From a virus: a DNA stretch of 64,000 bases. The notes beneath the pieces are model-generated. The model was not told the DNA's origin. It worked only from the letters and a program-made list of their open reading frames with translations, and ran no database searches. The translations under genes were made by a program, and so were the position numbers. Of the stretch, positions 38,669 to 49,134 are shown piece by piece. Every line of letters begins with the position of its first letter. Positions within the stretch are counted from its first letter, which is position 1. The stretch covers positions 1 through 64,000 of the IMG/VR virus record IMGVR_UViG_3300042879_003514. One strand, 5' to 3'.

Positions 38669-38669
38669 G

Positions 38670-40862
38670 ATGTCTGCTCTTCAAGAATTACAAAACTATA
38701 CATTTGTTAGTAAATATGCTCGTTGGCTAGAGGATAAGAACCGTCGTGAAACGTGGAAAGAGGCGGTTGAACGAGTAAAAAATATGATGCATACCAAGTA
38801 TAGTGAATTTGGTATAGCAGATGATATTGATTGGGCTTATGATGTAATGTATAAGAAGCGTGTTCTTGGTAGTCAAAGAGCATTACAGTTTGGTGGCGAA
38901 CCAATATTAAAGCGTCATGCTAAAATTTATAACTGCACAGCAAGTTATTGTGATCGACTAAGATTCTTTCAAGAATGTTTCTGGCTATTACTATGTGGTA
39001 GCGGCACAGGATTTAGTGTGCAAAAGCACCATATATCTAAACTACCATCATTAGAACACGATGTGGAAGATGGTAAAGGACGAGTATATTTAGTTGAAGA
39101 TAGTATTGAGGGTTGGGCTAATAGTCTTGGTGTTCTATTGAGTAGTTATTTTAATAAACCGGTTGAAGAATTCAAAGACTGGAAAAATACTCATGTTATA
39201 TTTGACTTTTCACAAATTCGTCCAAAGGGATCATCGTTAGCCAGTGGTGTTGGCAAAGCCCCAGGATATGAGCCACTAGCAAATGGTTTAGAAAAAATAC
39301 GAGCACTACTTGATCGTTGTATTAATAATGGTCAAAAGAAACTAAGACCCATTGATGCTTATGATATTGTGATGCACAGTAGCGATGCTGTATTAAGTGG
39401 TGGTGTTAGAAGAAGTGCCTCATTAGCGTTGTTTAGTCCTAATGATGAAGAAATGGCCAAAGCCAAAACTGGCAATTGGTATATTGATAATCCACAACGA
39501 GCACGAAGTAATAACTCAGCCCTCTTGCTAAAAAGTGAAACAGAGTTTGAAGAATTTAAGGTTTTAATGGAGAGTGTTAAGGAGTTTGGTGAGCCAGGAT
39601 TTATTTGGAGCGAATCCACAGAAATGATTTTTAATCCTTGTGTGGAAATTGGCATGTGGCCTGTTGATGAAGAAAGCGGTAAAAGTGGGTGGCAAGGCTG
39701 CAATCTATCAACCATCAACTGCTCTAGCGTAACCGATGAAGATGATTTTTATGAAAGATGCAGAGCAGCAGCAATTATTGGCACTCTACAAGCTGGTTTT
39801 ACTAAATTAGAATATCTTGGTGAAATTAGCCAAAAGATTTTTGAAAGAGAAGCCTTGCTTGGCGTTTCTTTAACAGGCACAATGGAAAAGCACGAACTTG
39901 TATTGACCGAAAAGGTTTTAACAAGGGGTGCTAAGATTGCTGTGGAAACAAACAAGGAATTGGCCAAAAAGATTAAAATTAATCAAGCGGCCAGAGTAAC
40001 CTGTTTAAAGCCAGAAGGCACCAGCAGTAGTATGCTTGGAACCAGTTCTGGTATTCATCCTCATCACGCTAAACGCTATATACGCCATGTACAGGCAAAT
40101 GTTTTAGAAGCACCATACCAGCACTTTAAGAAATTAAACCCACAAGCGTGTGAGAAGTCTAGTTGGTCAGCCAACAACACAGACGAAGTGGTAAAGTTCC
40201 CAATTGAGGTTCCAGACGGAGCCAAATTAAAGAACCAATTGCCAGCAGTCGATATGCTTAAAGTGGTCAAAGAAACTCAAAAGAACTGGGTTCATTCTGG
40301 TAAAAATCGATCATTATGCACCCAAGATTATTTGAGTCATAATGTTAGCAATACTGTTACGGTCAAACCAGATGAATGGGAAGATGTTACCAAATTTATT
40401 TATGATAATCGTAAATATTTTGCTGGTATTAGTCTTATTCCCCAAAGTGGAGATAAAGATTATCCTCAAGCACCATTCACAACTGTTTATACAAGCAGAG
40501 AAATTGTTAAAGAATATGGTGATGCGGCATTATGGTGTTCTGGTTTGATCGAATTAGGCTTAAATGCTTTTAATAATAATTTGTGGGCCGCTTGTGATTA
40601 TGTTAGTATGAATCAAGCAAAAGAGAATGATAGTCAGGATAGGTTATTATTTGTGACTAAAATGAAAAATTTTGCTGGTAAATATTTCAATAGTGACCTT
40701 AAACGTCTAACATATTGCATGAAAGATGTTTATAATTGGAAGATCTATTGTGATCTATTTAATAGTTTCAAGAAGGTTGATTATACGCAACTATCAGAGA
40801 CTGAGGACAATACAGTAGGAATTGAAGAAATTAGTTGCGCCGGTGGTGCTTGTCTAATTTAA
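38670..40862 (+). CDS. nrdJ: class II (B12-dependent) ribonucleotide reductase, monomeric RTPR-like
   Basis: YNC, GSGTGFS, GGVRRSA, NPCVEI, CNL, TCLKPEGT, C-terminal CAGGAC; no nrdB-like gene adjacent. Confidence 0.88.
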   Translation: MSALQELQNYTFVSKYARWLEDKNRRETWKEAVERVKNMMHTKYSEFGIADDIDWAYDVMYKKRVLGSQRALQFGGEPILKRHAKIYNCTASYCDRLRFFQECFWLLLCGSGTGFSVQKHHISKLPSLEHDVEDGKGRVYLVEDSIEGWANSLGVLLSSYFNKPVEEFKDWKNTHVIFDFSQIRPKGSSLASGVGKAPGYEPLANGLEKIRALLDRCINNGQKKLRPIDAYDIVMHSSDAVLSGGVRRSASLALFSPNDEEMAKAKTGNWYIDNPQRARSNNSALLLKSETEFEEFKVLMESVKEFGEPGFIWSESTEMIFNPCVEIGMWPVDEESGKSGWQGCNLSTINCSSVTDEDDFYERCRAAAIIGTLQAGFTKLEYLGEISQKIFEREALLGVSLTGTMEKHELVLTEKVLTRGAKIAVETNKELAKKIKINQAARVTCLKPEGTSSSMLGTSSGIHPHHAKRYIRHVQANVLEAPYQHFKKLNPQACEKSSWSANNTDEVVKFPIEVPDGAKLKNQLPAVDMLKVVKETQKNWVHSGKNRSLCTQDYLSHNVSNTVTVKPDEWEDVTKFIYDNRKYFAGISLIPQSGDKDYPQAPFTTVYTSREIVKEYGDAALWCSGLIELGLNAFNNNLWAACDYVSMNQAKENDSQDRLLFVTKMKNFAGKYFNSDLKRLTYCMKDVYNWKIYCDLFNSFKKVDYTQLSETEDNTVGIEEISCAGGACLI

Positions 40863-40887
40863 CAACTCCTATTGTAAAGGGTAAAAC

Positions 40888-41616
40888 TTGAGAAAAAATT
40901 CTAAGAACTCTAAAAATAAATCTAAAATTATTGACGCTACTCAAGAATTGGTTGTACATCAGCTTTATCGTAATAGATTAAAGCCAAGAAGTGAAAACCA
41001 AAAAGAATATATTAGAACTATAGCAGAAAGTACTATTATTTTTTGCCAAGGTTTGGCCGGTAGTGGTAAGACGCATATTGCCATAGGAATGGCTTTAGAA
41101 TACTTATTAGAAAATAAAGTTAATAGAATTATTATTACAAGGCCGGTATTAGAGGCTGGTGAAAAAATTGGTTATTTGCCCGGTACAGCAGAAGAGAAAC
41201 TACATCCTTATTTATTACCTATTATTGATGAAATTAATTATTTTATTTCTCATGCCCAGTACGCTAGTTTGAAATTAAATAATAAGATAGAGGTTGTGCC
41301 ACTAGGATTGATGAGAGGTCGTAATTTTCATAATTGTTTTATTGTGGCAGATGAGTGTCAAAATGCTTCGTATGAGCAGTTAAAAATGCTATTGACAAGA
41401 GTTGGAACACAAAGTAAATTAGTATTGACAGGAGATATCGGCCAATCTGACTTAAGCAGACATTTACAGGGTGGTTTTATAGATTTAATAAATGCTTTAG
41501 ACGGAGTGGAAGGTATTGGTAATTCTAAATTAGAATCATCAGATATTGTAAGAAACCCAATTATTGCTAAAATTTTATCACGACTAGATTCTTACGAAAA
41601 TGGAAACCAAAAATAA
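40888..41616 (+). CDS. phoH: PhoH-family ATPase
   Basis: GLAGSGKT, TRP, GYLPG, MRGRNF, DECQN, LLTR, GDIGQSD, VRNP. Confidence 0.95.
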   Translation: MRKNSKNSKNKSKIIDATQELVVHQLYRNRLKPRSENQKEYIRTIAESTIIFCQGLAGSGKTHIAIGMALEYLLENKVNRIIITRPVLEAGEKIGYLPGTAEEKLHPYLLPIIDEINYFISHAQYASLKLNNKIEVVPLGLMRGRNFHNCFIVADECQNASYEQLKMLLTRVGTQSKLVLTGDIGQSDLSRHLQGGFIDLINALDGVEGIGNSKLESSDIVRNPIIAKILSRLDSYENGNQK

Positions 41617-42184
41617 ACAGTGTTTGTTACTAAATTCAGATTATTCTCCACTTTCTATTATATCATGGAAAAGGTCTTTAATATGGTTGGTTAAATATGA
41701 AGACAACCCAAGATATGGTATAGAAATTATTGATTTCTTTAAAAATGATTTTATCAATGGAACCAATAATAAAAAATATCCTATTCCAGCAGTAGCTAAA
41801 ACTCAAAGATTTTTTAGAATAAATAATCAACCTATAACATTTTCTAGAAAAAATATATACATTAGAGATAATTATACGTGTCAATATTGCGGCAATTCTT
41901 TTGATATTAAAAATTTAACTTATGATCATGTTATTCCTAAAAGTAAATGGAAAAATTCAATATCTTCATTAACATCATGGACTAATATTGTTACAGCCTG
42001 TGTTGATTGCAATAGAAGAAAGGGAAACAAAACCCCAACACAGGCCAATATGCCTTTAAAAACATTTCCTTCTATACCAACCAATAAACATATAAGATAC
42101 TTGCCGGTGATATCTCGCTTATCTACTATAAAAGAGAACATTCCAGAAGAGTGGAAAATTTATTTACCAGAATCATATTTCTAA
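41600..42184 (+). CDS. HNH endonuclease (McrA-like)
   Basis: LLLNSDY.P, RDNYTCQYC, TYDHVIP, WTNIVTACVDCNRRKG. Confidence 0.92.
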   Translation: METKNKQCLLLNSDYSPLSIISWKRSLIWLVKYEDNPRYGIEIIDFFKNDFINGTNNKKYPIPAVAKTQRFFRINNQPITFSRKNIYIRDNYTCQYCGNSFDIKNLTYDHVIPKSKWKNSISSLTSWTNIVTACVDCNRRKGNKTPTQANMPLKTFPSIPTNKHIRYLPVISRLSTIKENIPEEWKIYLPESYF

Positions 42185-42573
42185 TGCCAACTTATTCATA
42201 TTCATGCGATAATTGTAGTTCTAATTTTGAACTATTTTTTTATATCAAAGATTATATCGAACATCCAAAATGTACGGTTTGTAAAAGCAAAAAGACTAAT
42301 AGAGACTATAATAAAGACGCTCTTACGCAGAGTGCTTCTGTAAGGAAATTGGATTGTGAACTTAAAACTATAGGTGATTTGGCTCAAAGAAATTCTGATA
42401 GAATGAGCGATGACGAGAAAGCCAGCTTATATTTAAAACACAACGCATATAAACTAGAGGATAATCAAAAAGAATTACCTTCTGGAATGTCTAGAATGAA
42501 AAAACCCCCAAAACCAAAATGGCCTGGATCTAATAATCAACAAATAAAAAAGAGAAGAAAACCAAATGGATAA
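42184..42573 (+). CDS. FmdB-like zinc-ribbon protein (start MPTYSY)
   Basis: MPTYSYSCDNC...PKCTVCKS. Confidence 0.8.
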   Translation: MPTYSYSCDNCSSNFELFFYIKDYIEHPKCTVCKSKKTNRDYNKDALTQSASVRKLDCELKTIGDLAQRNSDRMSDDEKASLYLKHNAYKLEDNQKELPSGMSRMKKPPKPKWPGSNNQQIKKRRKPNG

Positions 42574-42937
42574 TATATTTAAAATTAATAATAAAACAGA
42601 TGATGTACTAGATTATGTATATTATACAACTCTGGGAGATCATGAAACGATTGATGATGACGGCAATCCCAGAATAGGTAATAAAGAAAACTGTCTTGCT
42701 TATATAAGACAAAACGACAAAGATAAGCAATACTATATCAAAGTTGGTACATATGGCAAAATATATAATCCAATAGGATTGTTCTCTGAAGGTAAGTCGA
42801 AAAAATTCTTATCAAAAATTGGAAAGAACGAGTATACATTTAGTAAGGTTAATCAGAAGGTTTTTGATATGTATGTAAATTTCTTAAGAACAAAAAATAT
42901 AGCATGGCTAAACAATGCAGAAAGGGAACTAGCATGA
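42566..42937 (+). CDS. conserved hypothetical phage protein
   Basis: ORF in coupled operon. Confidence 0.7.
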   Translation: MDNIFKINNKTDDVLDYVYYTTLGDHETIDDDGNPRIGNKENCLAYIRQNDKDKQYYIKVGTYGKIYNPIGLFSEGKSKKFLSKIGKNEYTFSKVNQKVFDMYVNFLRTKNIAWLNNAERELA

Positions 42938-43275
42938 AGAAAAACGAAAAAACGATTAATAACTATGCGGTTTATTATTTATCTGATAAGAATAAATCTA
43001 TAAAAGAAATTTCTGAAGAACTTGGATTGACTTCCAAGATGGTGAGTGATATAATTTCTTCTAGGGAAGTTGAAAAAAATTCTGAGATAAATACCACATC
43101 TTCAAAGGTCACTAGTAAGGATTTAATGATCAGAGAAACATCAAATAAGAAAACCAAATCTGTTGCAATTATGACAAAATCTGCATCAGAAGTTAATGAT
43201 TCTTTTAGACAAAAGATTAATAATACCACATCTAGGACTAGCAGAGATGCTATACATAGACCAAATAACAAATGA
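42934..43275 (+). CDS. HTH-containing protein
   Basis: SIKEISEELGLTSKMVSDII. Confidence 0.6.
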   Translation: MKKNEKTINNYAVYYLSDKNKSIKEISEELGLTSKMVSDIISSREVEKNSEINTTSSKVTSKDLMIRETSNKKTKSVAIMTKSASEVNDSFRQKINNTTSRTSRDAIHRPNNK

Positions 43276-43682
43276 AATATATTTCAAAATACTCCAATGG
43301 TAAACACGTATCATGTGCTCAATATATAACAGAAATTATTTGTGAAAATAAAGCTAAGAAAGAAAAAAAGGACCTACATTATAGATTTTGGACTAATAAA
43401 GAATGGTCTGCATACTACAGGAATCAAATTGCCACTGCTAATCAATTGCTTTTAAAATATGATGAACAAGCGATAATTAGGGCAATAAAAGCTAAAGAAG
43501 CAGAGAAAATTTATTCTTTGCGTGCTCCTCATCTTATTCCTATCATAGAAAAAGAAGAGAAAGCTTTGGCATTAGAAAATAAAAATTTATCTAAAGAATT
43601 TGATCGATCAGAAAATAAAGTTTATAACACAAAAAACTTAAAAAATAAATCCATATTATCCAAATTAAAGGAATTAGAATGA
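43272..43682 (+). CDS. hypothetical protein
   Basis: ATGA coupling on both sides. Confidence 0.7.
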   Translation: MKYISKYSNGKHVSCAQYITEIICENKAKKEKKDLHYRFWTNKEWSAYYRNQIATANQLLLKYDEQAIIRAIKAKEAEKIYSLRAPHLIPIIEKEEKALALENKNLSKEFDRSENKVYNTKNLKNKSILSKLKELE

Positions 43683-44686
43683 GTTTAAAAGAGGATATCA
43701 CTAAGCAATTTGGCTCTGATATTATTTTGAATGGTAATGCGGTGGTTGATAAGACAACATTAACAATTCCAATTAGTCCGTCTTTAGATATTGTTTTAAA
43801 TGGTGGAATTCCGGAGGGTAGTTTTGTTGTGTTGACAGGGCAACCTAAATGTGGTAAAACGACAACATCCTTGGATTTTTCTGCTACAGCACAAAGAGAT
43901 GAGTATGCTCACAGCTCTTTTAAAGATGGTAGAGAAGTGTATTACCTAAATATCGAAGGTAGATTAAAAAAGAGAGATTTAGAAGGAATACCAGGACTAA
44001 AATTAGATAAATTTCATATTATAGGATCTCAAACGGGTAAAATTCTACATGCTGAAGAATATCTTCAAATAGCAGAAAGAATTATAAATGAAATACCAGG
44101 ATCGGTAGTTATAATAGATTCTTATTCTGCTCTGTGTACAGAAGCAGAAATTACAAGCGATATGGATAAAATGCAACGTGCTGACGGAGCAAAACTATTA
44201 GCAAAATTTTGTCGTAAAGTAGCAAATGTAATTCCAGTAAATAAGAATATAGTTATTGGTATTACGCATTTGATGGGTAATCCAACGGGATATGGAGCAG
44301 AGTTTAAAGAGAAGAGCGGTCAAGCTATTGCGTATCAAACAGATATTAAACTCAGAGCTAAAACTTTTAAGCCTTGGGTATTAAGCGCTGACAGTAATCA
44401 AATAGGCCAAGAGATAGAATGGCAAGTTGTTTGTTCTGCTCTTGGTCCTCCTGGTGGGGTAATAACATCTTATATTAGATATGGCGAGGGTATAGATAAA
44501 CATACAGAGTTATTAACTTTTGCTGTTGATATTGGCCTTATCAATAAGGGCGGCGCTTGGTACACTTATGATAAAGAAAAATTTCAAGGTATGGAAAAAC
44601 TTAGACAATATTTTGTTGATAATCCTCAAGAATATAAAAAATTAGAGCTATCTGTTAAAGAAACCATGGGTATTAAATGCAAATAA
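43679..44686 (+). CDS. recA: RecA/UvsX-like recombinase
   Basis: SLDIVLNGGIPEG, GQPKCGKTT, VIIDSYSAL, GID, GLINKGGAWY...KFQG. Confidence 0.88.
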   Translation: MSLKEDITKQFGSDIILNGNAVVDKTTLTIPISPSLDIVLNGGIPEGSFVVLTGQPKCGKTTTSLDFSATAQRDEYAHSSFKDGREVYYLNIEGRLKKRDLEGIPGLKLDKFHIIGSQTGKILHAEEYLQIAERIINEIPGSVVIIDSYSALCTEAEITSDMDKMQRADGAKLLAKFCRKVANVIPVNKNIVIGITHLMGNPTGYGAEFKEKSGQAIAYQTDIKLRAKTFKPWVLSADSNQIGQEIEWQVVCSALGPPGGVITSYIRYGEGIDKHTELLTFAVDIGLINKGGAWYTYDKEKFQGMEKLRQYFVDNPQEYKKLELSVKETMGIKCK

Positions 44687-45093
44687 AATCATTAGATGGT
44701 TTTATTCAAAACTGGCAACTTACTGGACATTATTCTCACGCTAATTTATTACACAAGTCTTCGCTTCATATTGAGGCTAGACAAGTAATAAAAGATAGTT
44801 ACCCTACTTTACAGCTTCTTGAAGAAGTTCCAATACCATTAAGAAAAAATGAAACATTATATCTAGATTTTTACCTACCTTTAAAAAAAATATGCATAGA
44901 AGTTCATGGAGAGCAACATTATAAGTTTGTTCCTTTTTATCACAGCAATCAACTTAATTATTTAAAATCTCAAAAGAGAGACAGAGAAAAAAGGGAATGG
45001 TGCGAAATCAACGGAATCAAATATATAGTATTGCCATATGACCAGAAGATTGAAACTTGGAGGGATATAGTTACAAATGACAATACAAACTAA
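44677..45093 (+). CDS. PD-(D/E)XK Vsr/DUF559-like endonuclease
   Basis: LDFYLP..ICIEVHGEQHY, RD.EK.EWC. Confidence 0.8.
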   Translation: MQIKSLDGFIQNWQLTGHYSHANLLHKSSLHIEARQVIKDSYPTLQLLEEVPIPLRKNETLYLDFYLPLKKICIEVHGEQHYKFVPFYHSNQLNYLKSQKRDREKREWCEINGIKYIVLPYDQKIETWRDIVTNDNTN

Positions 45094-45574
45094 AAACACA
45101 TCGTCTGATCAAGTTAACTATTGGGATAAAGTTCTAGATGAATATGAGTCTTCTTTAGGCTTGCCGGCTTATGCAAACAAGGTATTACCAGAAGAAGAAC
45201 TAAATCAATATTTAACAATGGATAGAAATGTTATAGAAAAATTAACACCAGAAGATTGTGCTCAAATATCCTACAGACTTGCTCAATTTTCTTTTCATAT
45301 TCAAAGAACTATTAATAGAGAATTAGCAAGATATAACTGGGCAGAAGAGACTTTGAAAGAAACTATTGCTGATGAAATTAATAACTATAAAGGCTATGGA
45401 TATATAGAAAAATCTACGCAAGCAATTAAACATAACGAGAAGGCATCATCTTTAAATAAGATTAAAAAATACGCTAAACAGAGATCGGACAGATTAAGCT
45501 ATATATCAGCATCGGTAAAAAATTTATCTGACATTATTCTATCAATTCAAAAAATGAAAGTTAAACATGGATAA
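45077..45574 (+). CDS. helical protein, possible UvsY-like recombination mediator
   Basis: all-helical coiled-coil character and position near recA. Confidence 0.4.
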   Translation: MTIQTKNTSSDQVNYWDKVLDEYESSLGLPAYANKVLPEEELNQYLTMDRNVIEKLTPEDCAQISYRLAQFSFHIQRTINRELARYNWAEETLKETIADEINNYKGYGYIEKSTQAIKHNEKASSLNKIKKYAKQRSDRLSYISASVKNLSDIILSIQKMKVKHG

Positions 45575-45956
45575 TCTAACTAATCCAGAGCAAATTAAAG
45601 CATTGATTCAAGCACTACAATCTCTTTTACCCAAAGAAGAATCCACAACATCTTCAAAAGAAGAATCCGTTGAAAAACCAAATTCTAAGGTAAAAACTAA
45701 AACAAGACAAAAAAAACAAACTAATAATTCTACTAATAAATTTTTAAATATGCCAGAAATTAACATGTTTAAAAGCGATATAGAAATTGATAAAAAGTTA
45801 TCAAGGTATCCGCCAACACCAAGAAATAGACAATATCAGCCAATAGAAGTCAAATGCAGATCTTGTGGTAAGCAAGAAGAAATAAATCCAGCAATCTTGC
45901 CAGACTCTGCTGATAGATATAGATGTAATAAGTGTTCATCAAGCTCAGGAGGTTGA
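45567..45956 (+). CDS. Zn-ribbon protein
   Basis: CRSCG...RCNKC. Confidence 0.65.
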   Translation: MDNLTNPEQIKALIQALQSLLPKEESTTSSKEESVEKPNSKVKTKTRQKKQTNNSTNKFLNMPEINMFKSDIEIDKKLSRYPPTPRNRQYQPIEVKCRSCGKQEEINPAILPDSADRYRCNKCSSSSGG

Positions 45957-45960
45957 TTTA

Positions 45961-47427
45961 ATGATTTTGGCTGACCCGTCGGCAGAAAGAGCCGTATTGT
46001 CTGGTATCTGTAAATTTGGCGAAGAAGTTTATCTTGATATAGCAGATATTCTACAAGAGTCATCGTTTACCGTTGATAGTAATGGTATCATATTTAAGTG
46101 CATCAAAGAGATTTGCGAAAAGAATCAATCTAAATCTATAGATATAGCATCAATTTATTCTGTTGCTCAAGACCTTGGAGTGTCTCATGTATTATCAAGA
46201 AAAGAAGAGGCTCAACATTTAAAGGCTATTATTGATTTTCCTGTTAATATAGAGAACATTCCCAAGTTCGCTGCTAAAATTAGAAAATTACAAATAGCAA
46301 GATTACTGTATGAGCAACTAGATAAAGCTAAAGAAAAATTATTAGATGTAACTGGTAGCGAACCAGTAACAAGTATAATATCAATTGCTGAAGACACAGT
46401 ATTTGATTTTACATCATTAATTAATGATACAGATAATAATCCTGTGTGTATAGGTAATGATTTAGAAGCATATATTCAAAATTTAATTGATAATCCAATT
46501 GATCAAGTTGGTATTCCTACGGGATTTCCTGTTTATGATCAGGCTATTGGTGGTGGTTTAAGAAGAAGCACAGTTAATGTTATTGCCGCCAGACCTAAAA
46601 CCGGAAAAACATTATTGGTTGATAATATGGGATTTTATATTGCAAATAAATTAAAAATACCTGTATTGAATATGGATACAGAAATGACTAAAGACGATCA
46701 TATTAATCGTATTTTAGCAATGATAACGGAAACAGAAATCAATAATATAGAAACTGGTAAATTTGCAAATTCTCAAGACAAGAAAAAGAAGATTGAAAAT
46801 GCTGTAAAAGAACTATTAAATACAAAATTATTTTATAAGTCTATTGCTGGAAAGCCTTTTGAGGAGCAATTGGCTTTAATGCGTAGATGGATTGTGAAAG
46901 AAGTTGGTCTTGAGGATGATGGAACAGCAAAGCCATGTGTTATTTTTTATGATTATTTGAAGCTTATGGATAGTTCTGGAATGAGTCAAGATCTTAAAGA
47001 GTATCAAGTTCTAGGCTTCATGATGACCTCATTACATAATTTTGCAACTAGATATAAAGTACCGGTTGTGGCTTTTGTCCAATTAAATAGAGATGGTATT
47101 ACTAAAGAAAGCACAGATACAGCAAGCGGCTCGGACAGAATTATTTGGCTATGTAGTAATTTTACCATTTTCAAAAGAAAGTCTGATGAAGAAATTGCAG
47201 AAGATGGTCCTAATGAGGGTAATAGAAAATTAATTCCAGTGATAAGCCGTCATGGTGGTGGTCTTGATGATAACGACTATATTAATTGTCACATGAAGGG
47301 CTGGTGTGCAAAAATTACCGAAGGACGAACTAAACTAGAAATTGCTAATAATATTAACCAACAAAACACAAGTAATGGATTTATTTTAGATGACAACTCA
47401 AATGACAAAAACATCCCCTTCGTATAA
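45961..47427 (+). CDS. dnaB: replicative helicase DnaB
   Basis: AERAVL, GIPTGF, AARPKTGKT, DTEM, YDYLKLM, QLNR. Confidence 0.93.
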   Translation: MILADPSAERAVLSGICKFGEEVYLDIADILQESSFTVDSNGIIFKCIKEICEKNQSKSIDIASIYSVAQDLGVSHVLSRKEEAQHLKAIIDFPVNIENIPKFAAKIRKLQIARLLYEQLDKAKEKLLDVTGSEPVTSIISIAEDTVFDFTSLINDTDNNPVCIGNDLEAYIQNLIDNPIDQVGIPTGFPVYDQAIGGGLRRSTVNVIAARPKTGKTLLVDNMGFYIANKLKIPVLNMDTEMTKDDHINRILAMITETEINNIETGKFANSQDKKKKIENAVKELLNTKLFYKSIAGKPFEEQLALMRRWIVKEVGLEDDGTAKPCVIFYDYLKLMDSSGMSQDLKEYQVLGFMMTSLHNFATRYKVPVVAFVQLNRDGITKESTDTASGSDRIIWLCSNFTIFKRKSDEEIAEDGPNEGNRKLIPVISRHGGGLDDNDYINCHMKGWCAKITEGRTKLEIANNINQQNTSNGFILDDNSNDKNIPFV

Positions 47428-48541
47428 TCAACATCAATTAAAAGTTATATGCGATAATTTATGTGATAATATCGATAGGCTGTTAGAAACTTTAGACCTA
47501 ACAGAAATTAATGATAATGGTAAAATGTATGTTGGAGAATGCCCTATACATAATGGAGATAACAAAACAGCGTTCAATCTCTATCCAACAGGAGACTCTT
47601 ATAGAGGCAACTGGAAGTGTAGAACACACCAGTGTGATAAAATATTTAAGGGATCTATTATTGGTTTTATTAGAGGCGTATTATCTACTAAAAAATATAA
47701 TTGGCAAAAAGATGGAGATAAAACGGCTACTTTTAAAGAAACAATAGAATTTATACAAAACTTCTTAGGGGATAATTTATCTAATATAAAAATATCAAAA
47801 ACAGAAATAGAGAAAAAAACATTTTCAAATATTGTTAAAAATATAACTGAGGAATCATCTAATAATATTAAACAAAAAATTAATAGATCTAGTATTAGAC
47901 AATCATTAATTATTCCATCCGATTATTTTATTGACAGAGGTTTCGATAAGGAAATCTTAAATAGATACGATGTTGGGCTATGCAATAAGCAAGATAAAGA
48001 AATGTATAACAGAGCTGTTGCTCCAGTATATGATAATAATCACAAATATTTAGTTGGATGTACAGGTAGAAGTATTTTTGATAAGTGCGAAGTTTGTAAA
48101 CATTATCATGATAAACAGAGGAGTTGTCCAAATAGTGAAGAGTTATGGAAATATCCTAAGTGGAAACATAATAAAGACTTTAAAAGCCAAAATCATTTAT
48201 ATAATTTTTGGTTCGCAAAAGAACATATTCTACAATTGGCAAAAGTTATTCTTGTTGAAAGTCCAGGTAATGTTTGGAAACTAGAAGAAGCTGGAATTCA
48301 TAATTCTGTTGCTCTTTTTGGTTCAAACTTAAGCGATAGACAAAAAATAATGTTAGATGGATCTGGCGCTATGACTATAATAGTATTAATGGATAATGAT
48401 GATGCCGGAAGAAAAGCAGCCACGACAATTAATCATAAGTGTAAAAACACATACAATATTATAAATTTAAATATAGATAAGGCAGATGTTGCTGAGATGT
48501 CCATAGAGGAAATTAATCAACAAATTAAGAAATATATATGA
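47390..48541 (+). CDS. dnaG: DnaG-type primase (CHC2 Zn finger + TOPRIM)
   Basis: CPIH..WKCRTHQC; GCTGR; LVESPGN; DNDDAGRKA. Confidence 0.88.
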   Translation: MTTQMTKTSPSYNQHQLKVICDNLCDNIDRLLETLDLTEINDNGKMYVGECPIHNGDNKTAFNLYPTGDSYRGNWKCRTHQCDKIFKGSIIGFIRGVLSTKKYNWQKDGDKTATFKETIEFIQNFLGDNLSNIKISKTEIEKKTFSNIVKNITEESSNNIKQKINRSSIRQSLIIPSDYFIDRGFDKEILNRYDVGLCNKQDKEMYNRAVAPVYDNNHKYLVGCTGRSIFDKCEVCKHYHDKQRSCPNSEELWKYPKWKHNKDFKSQNHLYNFWFAKEHILQLAKVILVESPGNVWKLEEAGIHNSVALFGSNLSDRQKIMLDGSGAMTIIVLMDNDDAGRKAATTINHKCKNTYNIINLNIDKADVAEMSIEEINQQIKKYI

Positions 48542-49134
48542 CAAAAATTATAGCTTTTGCTGGGACCAAACAATCTGGCAAAACCACATGCTCCGAGGCT
48601 GTTGCTGCTTATTTTAATGGATCTTTTGAACCATTCAATTCCTCAAAAATATATAATTTTGCAGATCCCCTAAAAAAAGATGTTTGCATGAATATTCTTG
48701 GATTAACATATGAACAGTGCTATGGATCAGACGAGGATAAAAACCAATTAACAAATAATTATTGGCAAGGTGTTCAACTAACCGCTAGAGAAGTCATGCA
48801 ATTTGTTGGCACAGATATATTTAGGAAAATGCAACAGGACGTTTGGGCTGGTGCAACAATACTAAAAATTAATAAAGAAAAACCACCATTAGCAATAATC
48901 GCAGATTGTAGATTCCCAAATGAAGTTGATGCTGTTAAGAAAGCCGGTGGTATTGTTATTAGATTAACACGCAAACCATTTAATTCTGATCATCCTAGCG
49001 AAAATGCTTTGGAACCCATGGTCTATGATTGGAAAAATTTTGATTTTATATTACATAATGCAACAATGACTATAGATGAACAAAAATCGTTTATTATAGG
49101 CTATCTCCAAAGTAAAGGAATTTTACCATTATAA
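48538..49134 (+). CDS. deoxynucleoside monophosphate kinase
   Basis: GTKQSGKTT, FADPLK, REVMQFVGTDIFR, DCRFPNE, HPSE. Confidence 0.9.
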   Translation: MTKIIAFAGTKQSGKTTCSEAVAAYFNGSFEPFNSSKIYNFADPLKKDVCMNILGLTYEQCYGSDEDKNQLTNNYWQGVQLTAREVMQFVGTDIFRKMQQDVWAGATILKINKEKPPLAIIADCRFPNEVDAVKKAGGIVIRLTRKPFNSDHPSENALEPMVYDWKNFDFILHNATMTIDEQKSFIIGYLQSKGILPL

